A DNA stretch of 63,123 nt, filler included. It is 4 parts of 4 records of this genome, joined end to end, with 100 filler letters (N's around TTAATTAATTAA, not from the genome) between each part and the next. Parts side by side here need not be neighbours in the genome. Positions count along the whole stretch, not along the records: positions 1 to 17,259 come from SRR20825006_1286; positions 17,360 to 29,958 come from SRR20825006_1288; 2 more parts are not named here. One strand, given 5' to 3'. A program made the translations under genes and the position numbers. Positions 11,506 to 20,488 of this stretch are shown here, piece after piece. The notes beneath the pieces are model-generated. The model saw only the letters and a program-made list of their open reading frames with translations, was not told where the DNA came from and searched no databases. Every line of letters starts with the position of its first letter. The first letter of the stretch is position 1.

Positions 11506-12705
11506 TCAGGCCTCTTTTCGTTCCAGACGGAACAGCACCAGGGCCAGTCCAGAACAGATCACCCCTGCGACCATCACCGGCACAGGGGTGCCGTTGAACG
11601 CAAGACCGACAGGGGCGGCGATGACAACGGAGCCCATGGTGAACAGCGCGCCGATCACCGAATTGCCCATGCCCGCCATGCGACCCAATGGCACCATGGC
11701 CAGAGCATTCAGATTGCCAAAGGTGAAGGCGTTGATAAAGAACATCGCCACGGTCCAGACAAAGAACACCGCAAAGCCAAAGGGGGTGGCCCCGGCGAGG
11801 CCTGTCAGGTTCAAGATCAGCGCGATGAGGGAGGCGGTGACCGCAATGCGGTAGCCCAGGCGGATCATCACATGCATGCCCAAGCGGGTGACCAAAGTGC
11901 CGTTGATGATGGCCCCGGCGGCGCTGAGAATGGCGGTGGCGCCGAACCAATAGGGGAAACTTGCGCCAAGATTGAAGCCTTGGTCATAAATCTGTTGAAC
12001 CGAGGAAAGGATGGAAAACATCTGAGCAAATCCAAGGGTCAGGATCAGGATGTAGAGCCGGACATTGTAGATGCCAAGCACATGACGGACGCCTTGAACC
12101 AGATCGCGCGGATTGAGTTTGCGATGATTTTCCGGGGCTAGGGTTTCGCTTTGGCGCAGACCAAACCACGAGGCGCTGATTGCGGCCAGAACCACGAAAG
12201 ACGCGAAAATCCCGTGCCAGCCAAAGCTGCCAATGATCAAAGCCCCGACAGAGGGGGCGACGGCCGGGGCCAGCATGAAAATCGTCATCACGAAGGAGAT
12301 GATTTTGGCCATATCGCGCCCCTCATAGAGGTCGCGCACCATGGCCACACCGACGGTGCGCGGGAAGGCGGCACCAAAGCCCTGAAGGGCGCGGCCCACA
12401 AGCATCATCTCCATGGAATGCGATAGACCGGCAAAGATCGCGCCCAAAGCGTAGAGCAAAAGTCCAAACAAGATCAAAGGCTTGCGTCCGAAATGATCGG
12501 AAATCGGTCCGCTGACCAACGTGCCAAATCCCATGCCAAAGACAAAGGCCGCGAGCACCAGCTGCGCCCGGTTTGGGTCGCTGGGAGTCAGGTCAGCGGC
12601 GATGTCGGGAAGCCCCGGCAGCATGGCGTCAATGGAGAAGGCGACGATGGCAAAAAGCAGGGCTAAAAGAGCCGTGAATTCGAGTTGCGGCAAACGGCGA
12701 GGCAT
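11506..12705 (-). CDS. Bcr/CflA family MFS efflux transporter
   Basis: SIDAMLPGLP, GPISDHFGRKP, about 12 TM segments. Confidence 0.85.
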   Translation of the reverse strand: MPRRLPQLEFTALLALLFAIVAFSIDAMLPGLPDIAADLTPSDPNRAQLVLAAFVFGMGFGTLVSGPISDHFGRKPLILFGLLLYALGAIFAGLSHSMEMMLVGRALQGFGAAFPRTVGVAMVRDLYEGRDMAKIISFVMTIFMLAPAVAPSVGALIIGSFGWHGIFASFVVLAAISASWFGLRQSETLAPENHRKLNPRDLVQGVRHVLGIYNVRLYILILTLGFAQMFSILSSVQQIYDQGFNLGASFPYWFGATAILSAAGAIINGTLVTRLGMHVMIRLGYRIAVTASLIALILNLTGLAGATPFGFAVFFVWTVAMFFINAFTFGNLNALAMVPLGRMAGMGNSVIGALFTMGSVVIAAPVGLAFNGTPVPVMVAGVICSGLALVLFRLERKEA

Positions 12706-12940
12706 GGAAAATCCTGTCGATAAAAGTCGCGGCACCTTATGAGGTGGGCTTCGATTTGACCAGTCAGCCTACTGCTTGGGGGGCTGTGCGTAGATGCGCA
12801 GACTCTCGGTTTGGCTCGGGTGGTTTTGAGGTCTGGCGGTGCTTTGGCGGCCAAATCCGAGCTGCGGGGAACATCAAGGCATGGGGCGGGATCTGGGTCC
12901 CAGCGAGGTCACCAAACTCCGATCCAAAGCCCGGATGGGA

Positions 12941-13627
12941 TCATACCAAGGCCTGTGACGGGTCATCATCCTGATCATCTGCGGCGATCTGAGCGTTCAA
13001 TTCGTCGATCACCCGCATCCAAAGCTCGGGCGGCTGCGCGCCTTCGACCGCATGTTGGTTGGCGACGATATAAAGCGGCACGGCATTGACGCCACGCTCA
13101 CGCGCATGGGTGTCGCGGGTTTGAATCTCCTCGACATCGGCGTCCGAGAGCAACAGGCGACGCACCGCGTCCGCGTCCATCTCAACGCGTTCGGCCAGCG
13201 CGACCAGAGTCTCCACATCGCCAATGTCGCGACCCTCCTGAAAATAGGCGCGATAGAGGGCGGAGACCATCGGCGTTTGACGGCCTTCGATCCCGGCCCA
13301 ATGGATCAGCCGATGCGCGTCCAAGGTGTTGGGTGTGGTCTGGATTGCCAAGAGATCGACCTTGGGCATTTCCTTTAGCATCACCTCGATGATCGGCAGG
13401 TAGGCTTTGCGTGCGCCCTCCGCGCCGCCGAATTTCGCATTCAAATAGGCCTGCCGCTCCATGCCGCCCTTGGGCATCGTCGGGTTCAATTGAAACGGAT
13501 GCCATTGCAGCGCGAAAGGGTGATCGGGGCGGGCCTCTAAGGCGCGGTCGAGCCGGGCTTTGCCGATGGCGCACCAGGGGCAGATCGGATCGTGGAAAAT
13601 ATCAAGGGGGATCACAGGCGAGATCAT
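12941..13627 (-). CDS. DsbA family oxidoreductase (FrnE-like)
   Basis: DPICPWC, PFQLNP, NTLDAHRL, GVNAVP, GAQP. Confidence 0.88.
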   Translation of the reverse strand: MISPVIPLDIFHDPICPWCAIGKARLDRALEARPDHPFALQWHPFQLNPTMPKGGMERQAYLNAKFGGAEGARKAYLPIIEVMLKEMPKVDLLAIQTTPNTLDAHRLIHWAGIEGRQTPMVSALYRAYFQEGRDIGDVETLVALAERVEMDADAVRRLLLSDADVEEIQTRDTHARERGVNAVPLYIVANQHAVEGAQPPELWMRVIDELNAQIAADDQDDDPSQALV

Positions 13628-13956
13628 GGGCGGGCTCCGAAAGGCTGAGGCGTCAATTTGGTCTGGCGTACATAGCCCATGACGCTTTGAGGCGGGAGGG
13701 GTGAGAAAAGGAAAATATTCCGATAGCTCACATTTTCCAGTCCAGCAGGTGTTCTCATTGACCTATATCTTGTGTTTGGGGTGGGTTTGCAACTTTGCAA
13801 ACCGTGTGAATTCCTGGTTTGTTCTTGATGTGTTCTGTTGAAAATTGTGGTCAGTGGGGGCGGGGATGTTACCGATTGGCGCGCGTGACGCGGCGCGCGA
13901 CTCATGATTAACTCACTGCAACGACTGATTTTTAGTGTTCAACAAGGTTCATCATC

Positions 13957-14193
13957 ATGGCGTATATCTCCGGCAAGCAGTTCAGTACCTTTCAAGGTCG
14001 CGGCCCCAACGGGTCTTATGATGCGCTTTCTTTCCGTCGCCGGATGCGTATGCCTGTTGCGACCCTTGCACTGGGGCTTTTGGCGGCTTTGGCGATTGCC
14101 GGTGGGGCGCTCGACACATTGGTGGCGCGGGTTCAATCGGACGGGTTGAGCCAGATCGAATTTTTGACCGGCGAATTGCCAAGCGGCAAATAG
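13957..14193 (+). CDS. Small hypothetical single-TM protein
   Basis: 78-aa ORF with one hydrophobic helix, AAGG upstream, followed by a terminator. Confidence 0.45.
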   Translation: MAYISGKQFSTFQGRGPNGSYDALSFRRRMRMPVATLALGLLAALAIAGGALDTLVARVQSDGLSQIEFLTGELPSGK

Positions 14194-14262
14194 AGCCAAA
14201 GGTCCTCACGTTTAGGGTCGGCGGAAACCTCACGAGCATTCCCCCAAGCTACCGCCCGTCCC

Positions 14263-14310
14263 AAGAACCCCCGAAGATGCGTGCAACAGCATCCGGGGGT
14301 TTTCTTTTTT
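14263..14310 (+). terminator. Intrinsic terminator
   Basis: GAACCCCCG..GATGC/GCATC CGGGGGTTT stem followed by CTTTTTT. Confidence 0.75.
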
Positions 14311-14334
14311 GTCTCACAGGCGCTACAAGACGGC

Positions 14335-15003
14335 ATGAGCGATACACCGACACCAGACACAGCCCCGACCACAGGCCCGGACACACGCACCCCGAGCCTG
14401 ATCCGATTGGCCCGCGAAAGCGGCGAAGGCACGCCCGATGAGGCGCGGCCTTTGGATTTGGGTCTCAGGGTGCGCGATCTGCGCAAGGCGCGGGGCTGGA
14501 CATTGGAGCAGGCGGCGGGACAGGCGGGACTGGCGCGGTCCACCCTGTCCAAGATCGAAAACGGCCAGATGTCACCGACCTATGATGCGCTCAAAAAGCT
14601 TGCGGTGGGGCTTGAGATTTCGGTGCCGCAGTTGTTCACCCCGCCGCAACGGGCGCAGATTTCTGGCCGCATGGCGGTGACGAAATCGGGCGAAGGGGTG
14701 GCGCATCCGACGGCGACCTATGAACATGAAATGTTGGCGACGGCTCTGACCAAAAAATCCATGCTGCCGTATCGCGCCACAATCCGGGCGCGGGATTTCG
14801 AAGAGTTCGATGGCTGGGTGCGCCATGATGGCGAAGAGTTTCTTTACGTGCTCACCGGGGTGATCAAATTGATCACCGAGTTCTATGAGCCGGTCGAAAT
14901 GCGTCGGGGCGACAGCGCCTATTATGACGCGTCGATGGGGCATAATGTGATCTCAGTCAGCCCGGAAGATGCAACGATCCTTTGGGTGACGTCGCTGACA
15001 TAA
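14335..15003 (+). CDS. XRE-family HTH regulator with cupin domain
   Basis: LRKARGWTLEQAAGQAGLARSTLSKIENG HTH; HDGEEFLYVL...GDSAYYDASMGH cupin. Confidence 0.9.
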   Translation: MSDTPTPDTAPTTGPDTRTPSLIRLARESGEGTPDEARPLDLGLRVRDLRKARGWTLEQAAGQAGLARSTLSKIENGQMSPTYDALKKLAVGLEISVPQLFTPPQRAQISGRMAVTKSGEGVAHPTATYEHEMLATALTKKSMLPYRATIRARDFEEFDGWVRHDGEEFLYVLTGVIKLITEFYEPVEMRRGDSAYYDASMGHNVISVSPEDATILWVTSLT

Positions 15004-15008
15004 GCGGC

Positions 15009-15128
15009 TCAGAACACGACCTTAGAGGTGGTTTTGACCACGCCTTTGGTGGCTTTCGCCCCCACGCGCGCCACGGTACAGCCGGACAAAGCCAGACTCA
15101 GACAGAGGATAAGCACGGTGCCTTTCAA
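15009..15128 (-). CDS. Tiny lipoprotein (39 aa, not in ORF track): MKGTVLILCLSLALSGCTVARVGAKATKGVVKTTSKVVF
   Basis: Manual translation; LSGC lipobox; TTG start (in-frame GTG at 15134); follows the entericidin-like gene. Confidence 0.6.
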   Translation of the reverse strand: MKGTVLILCLSLALSGCTVARVGAKATKGVVKTTSKVVF

Positions 15129-15137
15129 AAGCACCGC

Positions 15138-15251
15138 TTAGAACCACCCCTGAACCGTACGCGAGGCGCCGGTGATGTCTTCGCCCACGCCGGCAACAGT
15201 GCCGCAAGAGGCGAGCGCGAGGGTGAGGAGGATAAGGGCTACTTTTCTCAT
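15138..15251 (-). CDS. Entericidin EcnA/B-family lipoprotein (37 aa): MRKVALILLTLALASCGTVAGVGEDITGASRTVQGWF
   Basis: Manual translation; LASC lipobox followed by the entericidin-type TVxGVGEDI motif; GGGAAG upstream. Confidence 0.75.
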   Translation of the reverse strand: MRKVALILLTLALASCGTVAGVGEDITGASRTVQGWF

Positions 15252-15312
15252 GTTTGTCTTCCCAAAATGCAGAGGGGTATCGGATCAGGTTTGGCGGGTA
15301 ATACGCGGCGGA

Positions 15313-17127
15313 TCACTCCTGCCAATACCACGTCATTTCCCGCCACATAATCCAGTCGCCATAGAGCGGCAAGGTGTCATGATATTTTAGCTCTTTCACA
15401 TGCGCGTCAAAACTTTCGTTCCAGGCATAAAGCGGAATGGCATAGCGGCCCGCCGTCAGCACCCGGTCGAGTGCACGGGTGGCCGCCAAGCTGTCTTCGC
15501 GGTTCTCCGCATCTAACATTTTGTCGATCATCGCATCGACCACCGGATCACTGATCCCGGCAATGTTGCGCGACCCGGGGGTGTCGGCGGCGGCTTGGCC
15601 GAAATAGGCGTATTGTTCGTTGCCAGGGCTGAGCGAGAGGCCATAGCGCACCGGGGTCATGCCGAAATCAAAGCTTTCCATCCGCTGTGTGTACTGCGGG
15701 GAATCGACGACGGAGATTTTCGGCGTGATCCCGAGATGCAGCAGCATTTGCGTATAGGTGTCGATGATCGACTGGTTCTCATCATCCCCAACCTTGAGAA
15801 CGATCTCAAAGGCAAAGGGCTGTCCGGCCGCGTTTTTCATCTGGCCGTTTTGGATCGTCCATCCGGCCTGTTCCATCAACCCGATCGCACGACGCATCGC
15901 ACCTCGGTCCAATTCCCGCCCAGAGGTCTCGGGCAAGTCATAGCCCTCAAGCGTGCCGGGCAAAAGCTGGTCTTTATAGGGGGCCAAAAGCTCGGCCACG
16001 CGACCCTCGGCGGGACCGGGGCGCATGCCAAGCGGCGAATTGGAAAAATAGGAGGTGATCCGGGTCTGTTGGCTCTCGGTCTGGGCCTCGTTGATGTAAT
16101 CGAAATTGAACGCTTCGATCATCGCCTGACGCACGCGCCAATCGGCAAACTGCGGCAGGCGGGTGTTCATCGCAAAGCCGGTCATGCCGGTGGGGCGTTG
16201 ATGTGGGATCACCGATTTGATCACGTCGCCACGTGCAACGGCGGGGAAATCATATTGGTCTTTCCAGGTCTGGATGTTGAATTCGCGGTGTGCATTGAGC
16301 GTTCCGGCCTTAAACGCCTCGATCACCAAAGAGGCGTCGGCGAAATATTCCAACCGGATTGTGTCCAAATTGGCCTGACCGCGCATGAACGGCACGTCCT
16401 TGCCCCAATACTCGGGGTTGCGGGTCAGTTCGACAAACATGCCGGGCTGCACATCGGTGATCACATAGGGGGCGGATGAGACGGGGATCGTGTCAATGCC
16501 GGATTGGGTGAAATCCTTGTCGTCCCAATAGGCTTTTTTCAAAATGGGCCGGATCGCCGTCAACAGCGCCAATTCGCGATTGGGCGTGTTAAAGGTGAAT
16601 TTGACCGAGCGCTCTCCGGTCTGCTCCATGCGCGCGATCTGACCCCACAACGTGGCGTAACGGCCATGGCCTTGGGTGCCGAGCGTTTCATAGGACCACA
16701 TTACGTCTTCGACGGTGACCGGGCTGCCGTCAGAGAATTTGGCCGTGTCACGCAGGGTGAATTCAACCCAGGTGCGATCTGCGTCGGTCTCGACGGTTTC
16801 GCAGAGCAGGCAATAGAGCGTGAAAGGTTCGGAATACGCCTGTCCCATGAGGCTTTCGGCCATAAGGTAGCGCAATTGCCACGGCGCTTTGCCTTTTCGG
16901 ATAAAGGGATTGAGGCTGTCAAAACTGCCACCTTCGCCGGTGATGATCGCCCCGCCTTTGGGCGCATCGGCATTGACATAGGGCAGGGCGGTGAAATCGG
17001 CGGGCAAGTCAGGGTCGCCATACATCGCCAGCCCGGTTTGCGGTGCGGCCAAAATCGAGCTGGCCAAAAGGCAAAGGGTGACCGCCGCAGAGCCTGTGCG
17101 AAGGGTTTGGAAAAACTGCTGTGCCAT
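15313..17127 (-). CDS. ABC transporter peptide-binding protein (family 5, YejA-like)
   Basis: YVNADAPKGG, FDSLNPFI, FSDGSPVTVEDV, RALDRVL. Confidence 0.88.
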   Translation of the reverse strand: MAQQFFQTLRTGSAAVTLCLLASSILAAPQTGLAMYGDPDLPADFTALPYVNADAPKGGAIITGEGGSFDSLNPFIRKGKAPWQLRYLMAESLMGQAYSEPFTLYCLLCETVETDADRTWVEFTLRDTAKFSDGSPVTVEDVMWSYETLGTQGHGRYATLWGQIARMEQTGERSVKFTFNTPNRELALLTAIRPILKKAYWDDKDFTQSGIDTIPVSSAPYVITDVQPGMFVELTRNPEYWGKDVPFMRGQANLDTIRLEYFADASLVIEAFKAGTLNAHREFNIQTWKDQYDFPAVARGDVIKSVIPHQRPTGMTGFAMNTRLPQFADWRVRQAMIEAFNFDYINEAQTESQQTRITSYFSNSPLGMRPGPAEGRVAELLAPYKDQLLPGTLEGYDLPETSGRELDRGAMRRAIGLMEQAGWTIQNGQMKNAAGQPFAFEIVLKVGDDENQSIIDTYTQMLLHLGITPKISVVDSPQYTQRMESFDFGMTPVRYGLSLSPGNEQYAYFGQAAADTPGSRNIAGISDPVVDAMIDKMLDAENREDSLAATRALDRVLTAGRYAIPLYAWNESFDAHVKELKYHDTLPLYGDWIMWREMTWYWQE

Positions 17128-17259
17128 ATCGCGAACAATGCCTTCGTTTTGTGTTATTATTGAGGGTGAAACTACGACGGCTTGGACATGAATTCAAACT
17201 TTTAGCTTGGAGTGCGGCGGAGAAACGCGTATAAAGACCTCACTGCTCGATAGGTTTCT

Positions 17260-17359
17260 NNNNNNNNNNNNNNNNNNNNNNNNNNNNNNNNNNNNNNNNN
17301 NNNTTAATTAATTAANNNNNNNNNNNNNNNNNNNNNNNNNNNNNNNNNNNNNNNNNNNN
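17260..17359. other. Artificial contig spacer
   Basis: 100-nt N run with central TTAATTAATTAA (stops in all frames). Confidence 0.98.
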
Positions 17360-17361
17360 CG

Positions 17362-17838
17362 CAGTCGGGCTGGAAGATTTCCGATCTCGTTACCCTTGGC
17401 TCTCCGCTCTCCAGCGCCGAATTCCTCGTAACCGATGGCAGCGCCGATTTTGCCCGCATGAAGACCGAACGTGTCCTGCCCACAGCGCCGCCCCAAGCCT
17501 ATGACGAGACGCGCGGCACCATCTATCCCGATCCGCAAAAGGGACCGGTCGCCCACCATGCTGCCGCGTTCTCGGTGGTGCGCTGGACCAATCTCTTCGA
17601 CCGTGTCGAATCCCCGCTCTTTCTTCTGGGTGACGCCATTTCAGGGCCACTGGCCGGCGCGGATCGGTTCGGCCCCGGCATCAGCGATCGCAAAGTCGAA
17701 ATCACCTGGGGGCGGCTGGGCTGGCGGCTGTTCACCCACAATTTCTATTGGACGGACACCGCCCCCGAAGGCGAACCACCGGCCGATCACATCACTGTAT
17801 TCCGCAATGCGGTGGGGCTGGAACGGTCCACCCCCTGA
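17362..17838 (+). CDS. 5'-truncated hypothetical protein, alpha/beta-hydrolase-like C-terminus
   Basis: Frame is open from the contig edge: WKISDLVTLGSPL...WTNLFD...THNFYW. Confidence 0.55.
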   Translation, partial: QSGWKISDLVTLGSPLSSAEFLVTDGSADFARMKTERVLPTAPPQAYDETRGTIYPDPQKGPVAHHAAAFSVVRWTNLFDRVESPLFLLGDAISGPLAGADRFGPGISDRKVEITWGRLGWRLFTHNFYWTDTAPEGEPPADHITVFRNAVGLERSTP

Positions 17839-17842
17839 CCAT

Positions 17843-18286
17843 TTACCCCCGCACCAGCAGCGGCGCACCCGTTCCACCCTGCCGGCCCAGGCGGTCGCCG
17901 GGATTGCGCAGGGGGCAGGTCCGGGTCGACAGGCAGCCACAGCCAATGCAGTCGGTCAGCCCATCGCGCAGACGCTCAAGCCGAGTAATTCTGTCACTCA
18001 ATTGGGCATGCCAAGCCGCTGACATGCGCGCCCAGTCCGCATGCGTCGGGGCGCTGTCGGCCGGCAGATCGGACATGGCCGTGCCGATCTCCTCAAGCGT
18101 CATGCCCACGCTTTGCGCGACCTGGATAACGGCGACACGGCGCAGCACACTCCGCTCATAGCGGCGCTGATTGCCTTGGGTGCGGACCGACTGGATCAGT
18201 CCCTTGCGCTCGTAAAAGTGCAGGGCTGACACCGCCACCCCGGCCCGCCGAGCCACGTCCCCGACTGTGAGCAGGTTCTTCAACAT
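17843..18286 (-). CDS. soxR: Redox-sensitive MerR-family activator SoxR
   Basis: SALHFYE, RTQGNQRRY, 2Fe-2S motif CIGCGCLSTRTC. Confidence 0.95.
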   Translation of the reverse strand: MLKNLLTVGDVARRAGVAVSALHFYERKGLIQSVRTQGNQRRYERSVLRRVAVIQVAQSVGMTLEEIGTAMSDLPADSAPTHADWARMSAAWHAQLSDRITRLERLRDGLTDCIGCGCLSTRTCPLRNPGDRLGRQGGTGAPLLVRG

Positions 18287-18291
18287 CGCGC

Positions 18292-18322
18292 TTGACCTCA
18301 ACTAATGTTGAGGTTGTAGCAA
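18292..18322 (+). promoter_or_regulatory. SoxR-dependent promoter with sox-box
   Basis: -35 TTGACC (18292), dyad CCTCAAC-TAAT-GTTGAGG (18296-18313), 19-bp spacer, -10 TAGCAA: MerR-type architecture. Confidence 0.88.
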
Positions 18323-18372
18323 GTGTGGCACCAGTCAACAAGCCGGGTCTGTCCGGCACCGGGAGAGACATT

Positions 18373-18777
18373 TTGGACGACATTTTTCGCCTGCTATTGT
18401 TCATTCACATCGGTGCGCTGCTCTATGCCGCCACGACCAATCTGATAATGCCGGCCCTGATGCCGCGCATGATGGCGCTGGGCGCAGAAGGCCGCGCCAG
18501 CCTCGGCCCTTTGACCCGGCAATTGAGTATCAATGCGCGCCTCAGCCTCGTCATCCTGGTGATCACAGGCATGTTGATGGTTGCCATCCGCTACGATGCA
18601 GGGCTCTGGGCCAATCCGTGGTTTGTCGGCAAGATAGCCTGCGTCGCTGCAATCATCCTGGCCATTGGCGTGGGGGTCACGCCCCTGGGTCAATCCATTC
18701 CGCCCAGGGCGTTCTCGCTGATCACCCGCACGGCCCTGATCGGAACCATCTTTTGCGCCGTGCTGGCGTTCCACTAA
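18373..18777 (+). CDS. Small 4-TM membrane protein, putative SoxR target
   Basis: TTG start after GGGAGAG; four hydrophobic segments, LFIHI and WFVGK motifs. Confidence 0.7.
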   Translation: MDDIFRLLLFIHIGALLYAATTNLIMPALMPRMMALGAEGRASLGPLTRQLSINARLSLVILVITGMLMVAIRYDAGLWANPWFVGKIACVAAIILAIGVGVTPLGQSIPPRAFSLITRTALIGTIFCAVLAFH

Positions 18778-18793
18778 AGGCAGGGGCGCACAG

Positions 18794-19006
18794 TCAATAA
18801 TGCGGCGGCGGTCGTTCCGTCGCCGGATCGGCGATATAGCTGCCCGAGCGCATTTGTTCTTCGAGCATGGCCAGCTTCTTGGTCAGCAGGTCAATGCTTT
18901 GCCACTGCGCCGTGAGCGCCGCATTGAGCTCTTCAATGGTCTGATCCTGATACGCGACACGTGTTTCCAGCGCTTCGATCCTCTCATTGTGTTCGACGCT
19001 GCTCAT
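18794..19006 (-). CDS. slyX: SlyX family protein
   Basis: LETRVAYQDQTIEELN...ERPPPHY. Confidence 0.9.
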   Translation of the reverse strand: MSSVEHNERIEALETRVAYQDQTIEELNAALTAQWQSIDLLTKKLAMLEEQMRSGSYIADPATERPPPHY

Positions 19007-19155
19007 TGACCTTCTCCATGCTCTGAATGCCCGCAATACGGGGCTTTCCGCGCATCTTCAAGGGGCGAGACGACACCGGCATATTGACGTATGCGGAACC
19101 CTTCGAGGTCGCCAGCCATTGATAGAGCACGATCCGCCAATGGGGAGCCGCGAAA

Positions 19156-19713
19156 ATGGCCACCACTGCAATGCTCGATCAGGCCAGCCACGGCCACCTT
19201 GAAACCGGCACCACACTGCAGTCCGCAGCGCGCTTGATCGTCTGCGCCAGCCTGCCCCTGGGCATTTTTGGCTTGGCCCATTTTGCCGCCGGCACAATAA
19301 ACCTGTTACCGATCTTCTTCGCTCCGTTCGGCATGCCCCATTGGAGCGGCGCCGTGTTGCATATGGTTCAGCTTGTGCTGTTAGGCGCTGCCTTCTGGGC
19401 GCTCACCGACCAGGTGATCCGTGGCACCGCACGGCAATGGCTGATCGGCCTGACCGCGCTCTACATTTGCCTGCCTTTCCTCACGCCCTTGCTTGACTCC
19501 CTGCAACTGGGCCTGGTCTGCACGGCACTGTTTCTGGGCACCCTGGCCACCATCCGGCGCGTCGGCCCTGCCGCGCCCCTTGCCGGTTGGCTGATGGCGC
19601 CGATGCTGGCCGCTACCGGTATCAGCGCGGCCCTGGGGCTGACCATGGCCGCTGCCTATAGCCCGCCCTTTGCCCTCATGCAGTCGGGCCACACTCAGCC
19701 GCCAGCCGGATAG
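19156..19713 (+). CDS. Membrane protein, divergent TspO/MBR-like
   Basis: About 5 TM helices; APFGMPHW and AGWLMAP resemble TspO. Confidence 0.5.
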   Translation: MATTAMLDQASHGHLETGTTLQSAARLIVCASLPLGIFGLAHFAAGTINLLPIFFAPFGMPHWSGAVLHMVQLVLLGAAFWALTDQVIRGTARQWLIGLTALYICLPFLTPLLDSLQLGLVCTALFLGTLATIRRVGPAAPLAGWLMAPMLAATGISAALGLTMAAAYSPPFALMQSGHTQPPAG

Positions 19714-19793
19714 TTACCTCGAAGTTCCCTCTTGCCAGCTTCCGCCCGGACCGCCATCTGGGCGGAAGTTGTTTGTTTTTCCGGAGGCTGTCC

Positions 19794-20432
19794 ATGCCCA
19801 AGCTGCTCAAGATCGACGTCTTCACCGATGTGGTCTGCCCCTGGTGTCTGGTTGGATCGGCGCGGCTTGATCAGGCGCTTGCCCGTCTCCCCGACGATGT
19901 CGAGGTCGAGATCGAGAACCACCCCTTTTATCTCGATCCCACCGTGCCGCCCGAGGGCGTCGATGTCGGCGAAATGCTGCGCGAAAAATATGGCCGCGAC
20001 CCGGCCGAGATGTGGGAACGGGTGGAGAGTGAAGCGGCAAAGGCCGGCATCACGCTCGATCTCAGCAAACAGCCGCGCATGTTCAACACCGCCAAGGCCC
20101 ATACTCTGACCCGGCTGTCCAAGCCCAATGGCAATCAACACGAATTGGCCAACACCATTGCCGAGGCCTATTTCCTTGAGCATCGCCAGATCAATGACGA
20201 CAATACGCTTGTCGACATCGCGGTCGCGCATGGCTGGGACCGCGGCGACGCACTCGATGCCATCAATGATGAGCACGAACTCGAAGTGACCGCACAATTG
20301 GCCAAGAGCGCCGCCGAACAGGGCATTCGTGGTGTGCCGTTCTTCGTCTTTGGCGGGAAATATGCTCTCTCCGGCGCCCAGCCAGACGAGGTTTTCGCCC
20401 AGGCGCTCGACAAGATCATTGCAGAACTCTGA
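19794..20432 (+). CDS. DsbA family oxidoreductase (FrnE-like)
   Basis: DVVCPWC, GIRGVPFF, SGAQP; GGAGG RBS. Confidence 0.88.
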   Translation: MPKLLKIDVFTDVVCPWCLVGSARLDQALARLPDDVEVEIENHPFYLDPTVPPEGVDVGEMLREKYGRDPAEMWERVESEAAKAGITLDLSKQPRMFNTAKAHTLTRLSKPNGNQHELANTIAEAYFLEHRQINDDNTLVDIAVAHGWDRGDALDAINDEHELEVTAQLAKSAAEQGIRGVPFFVFGGKYALSGAQPDEVFAQALDKIIAEL

Positions 20433-20488
20433 CAAGCCTTTGCGGCCTGCTATACTCGCCGCAAATCGACTTATTCGGGACTAGACAC

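Noticed and set aside
17304-17315. TTAATTAATTAA repeated three times in the window (possible CtrA site or repeat)
   Set aside because: Embedded in N runs; it is an artificial all-frame stop linker
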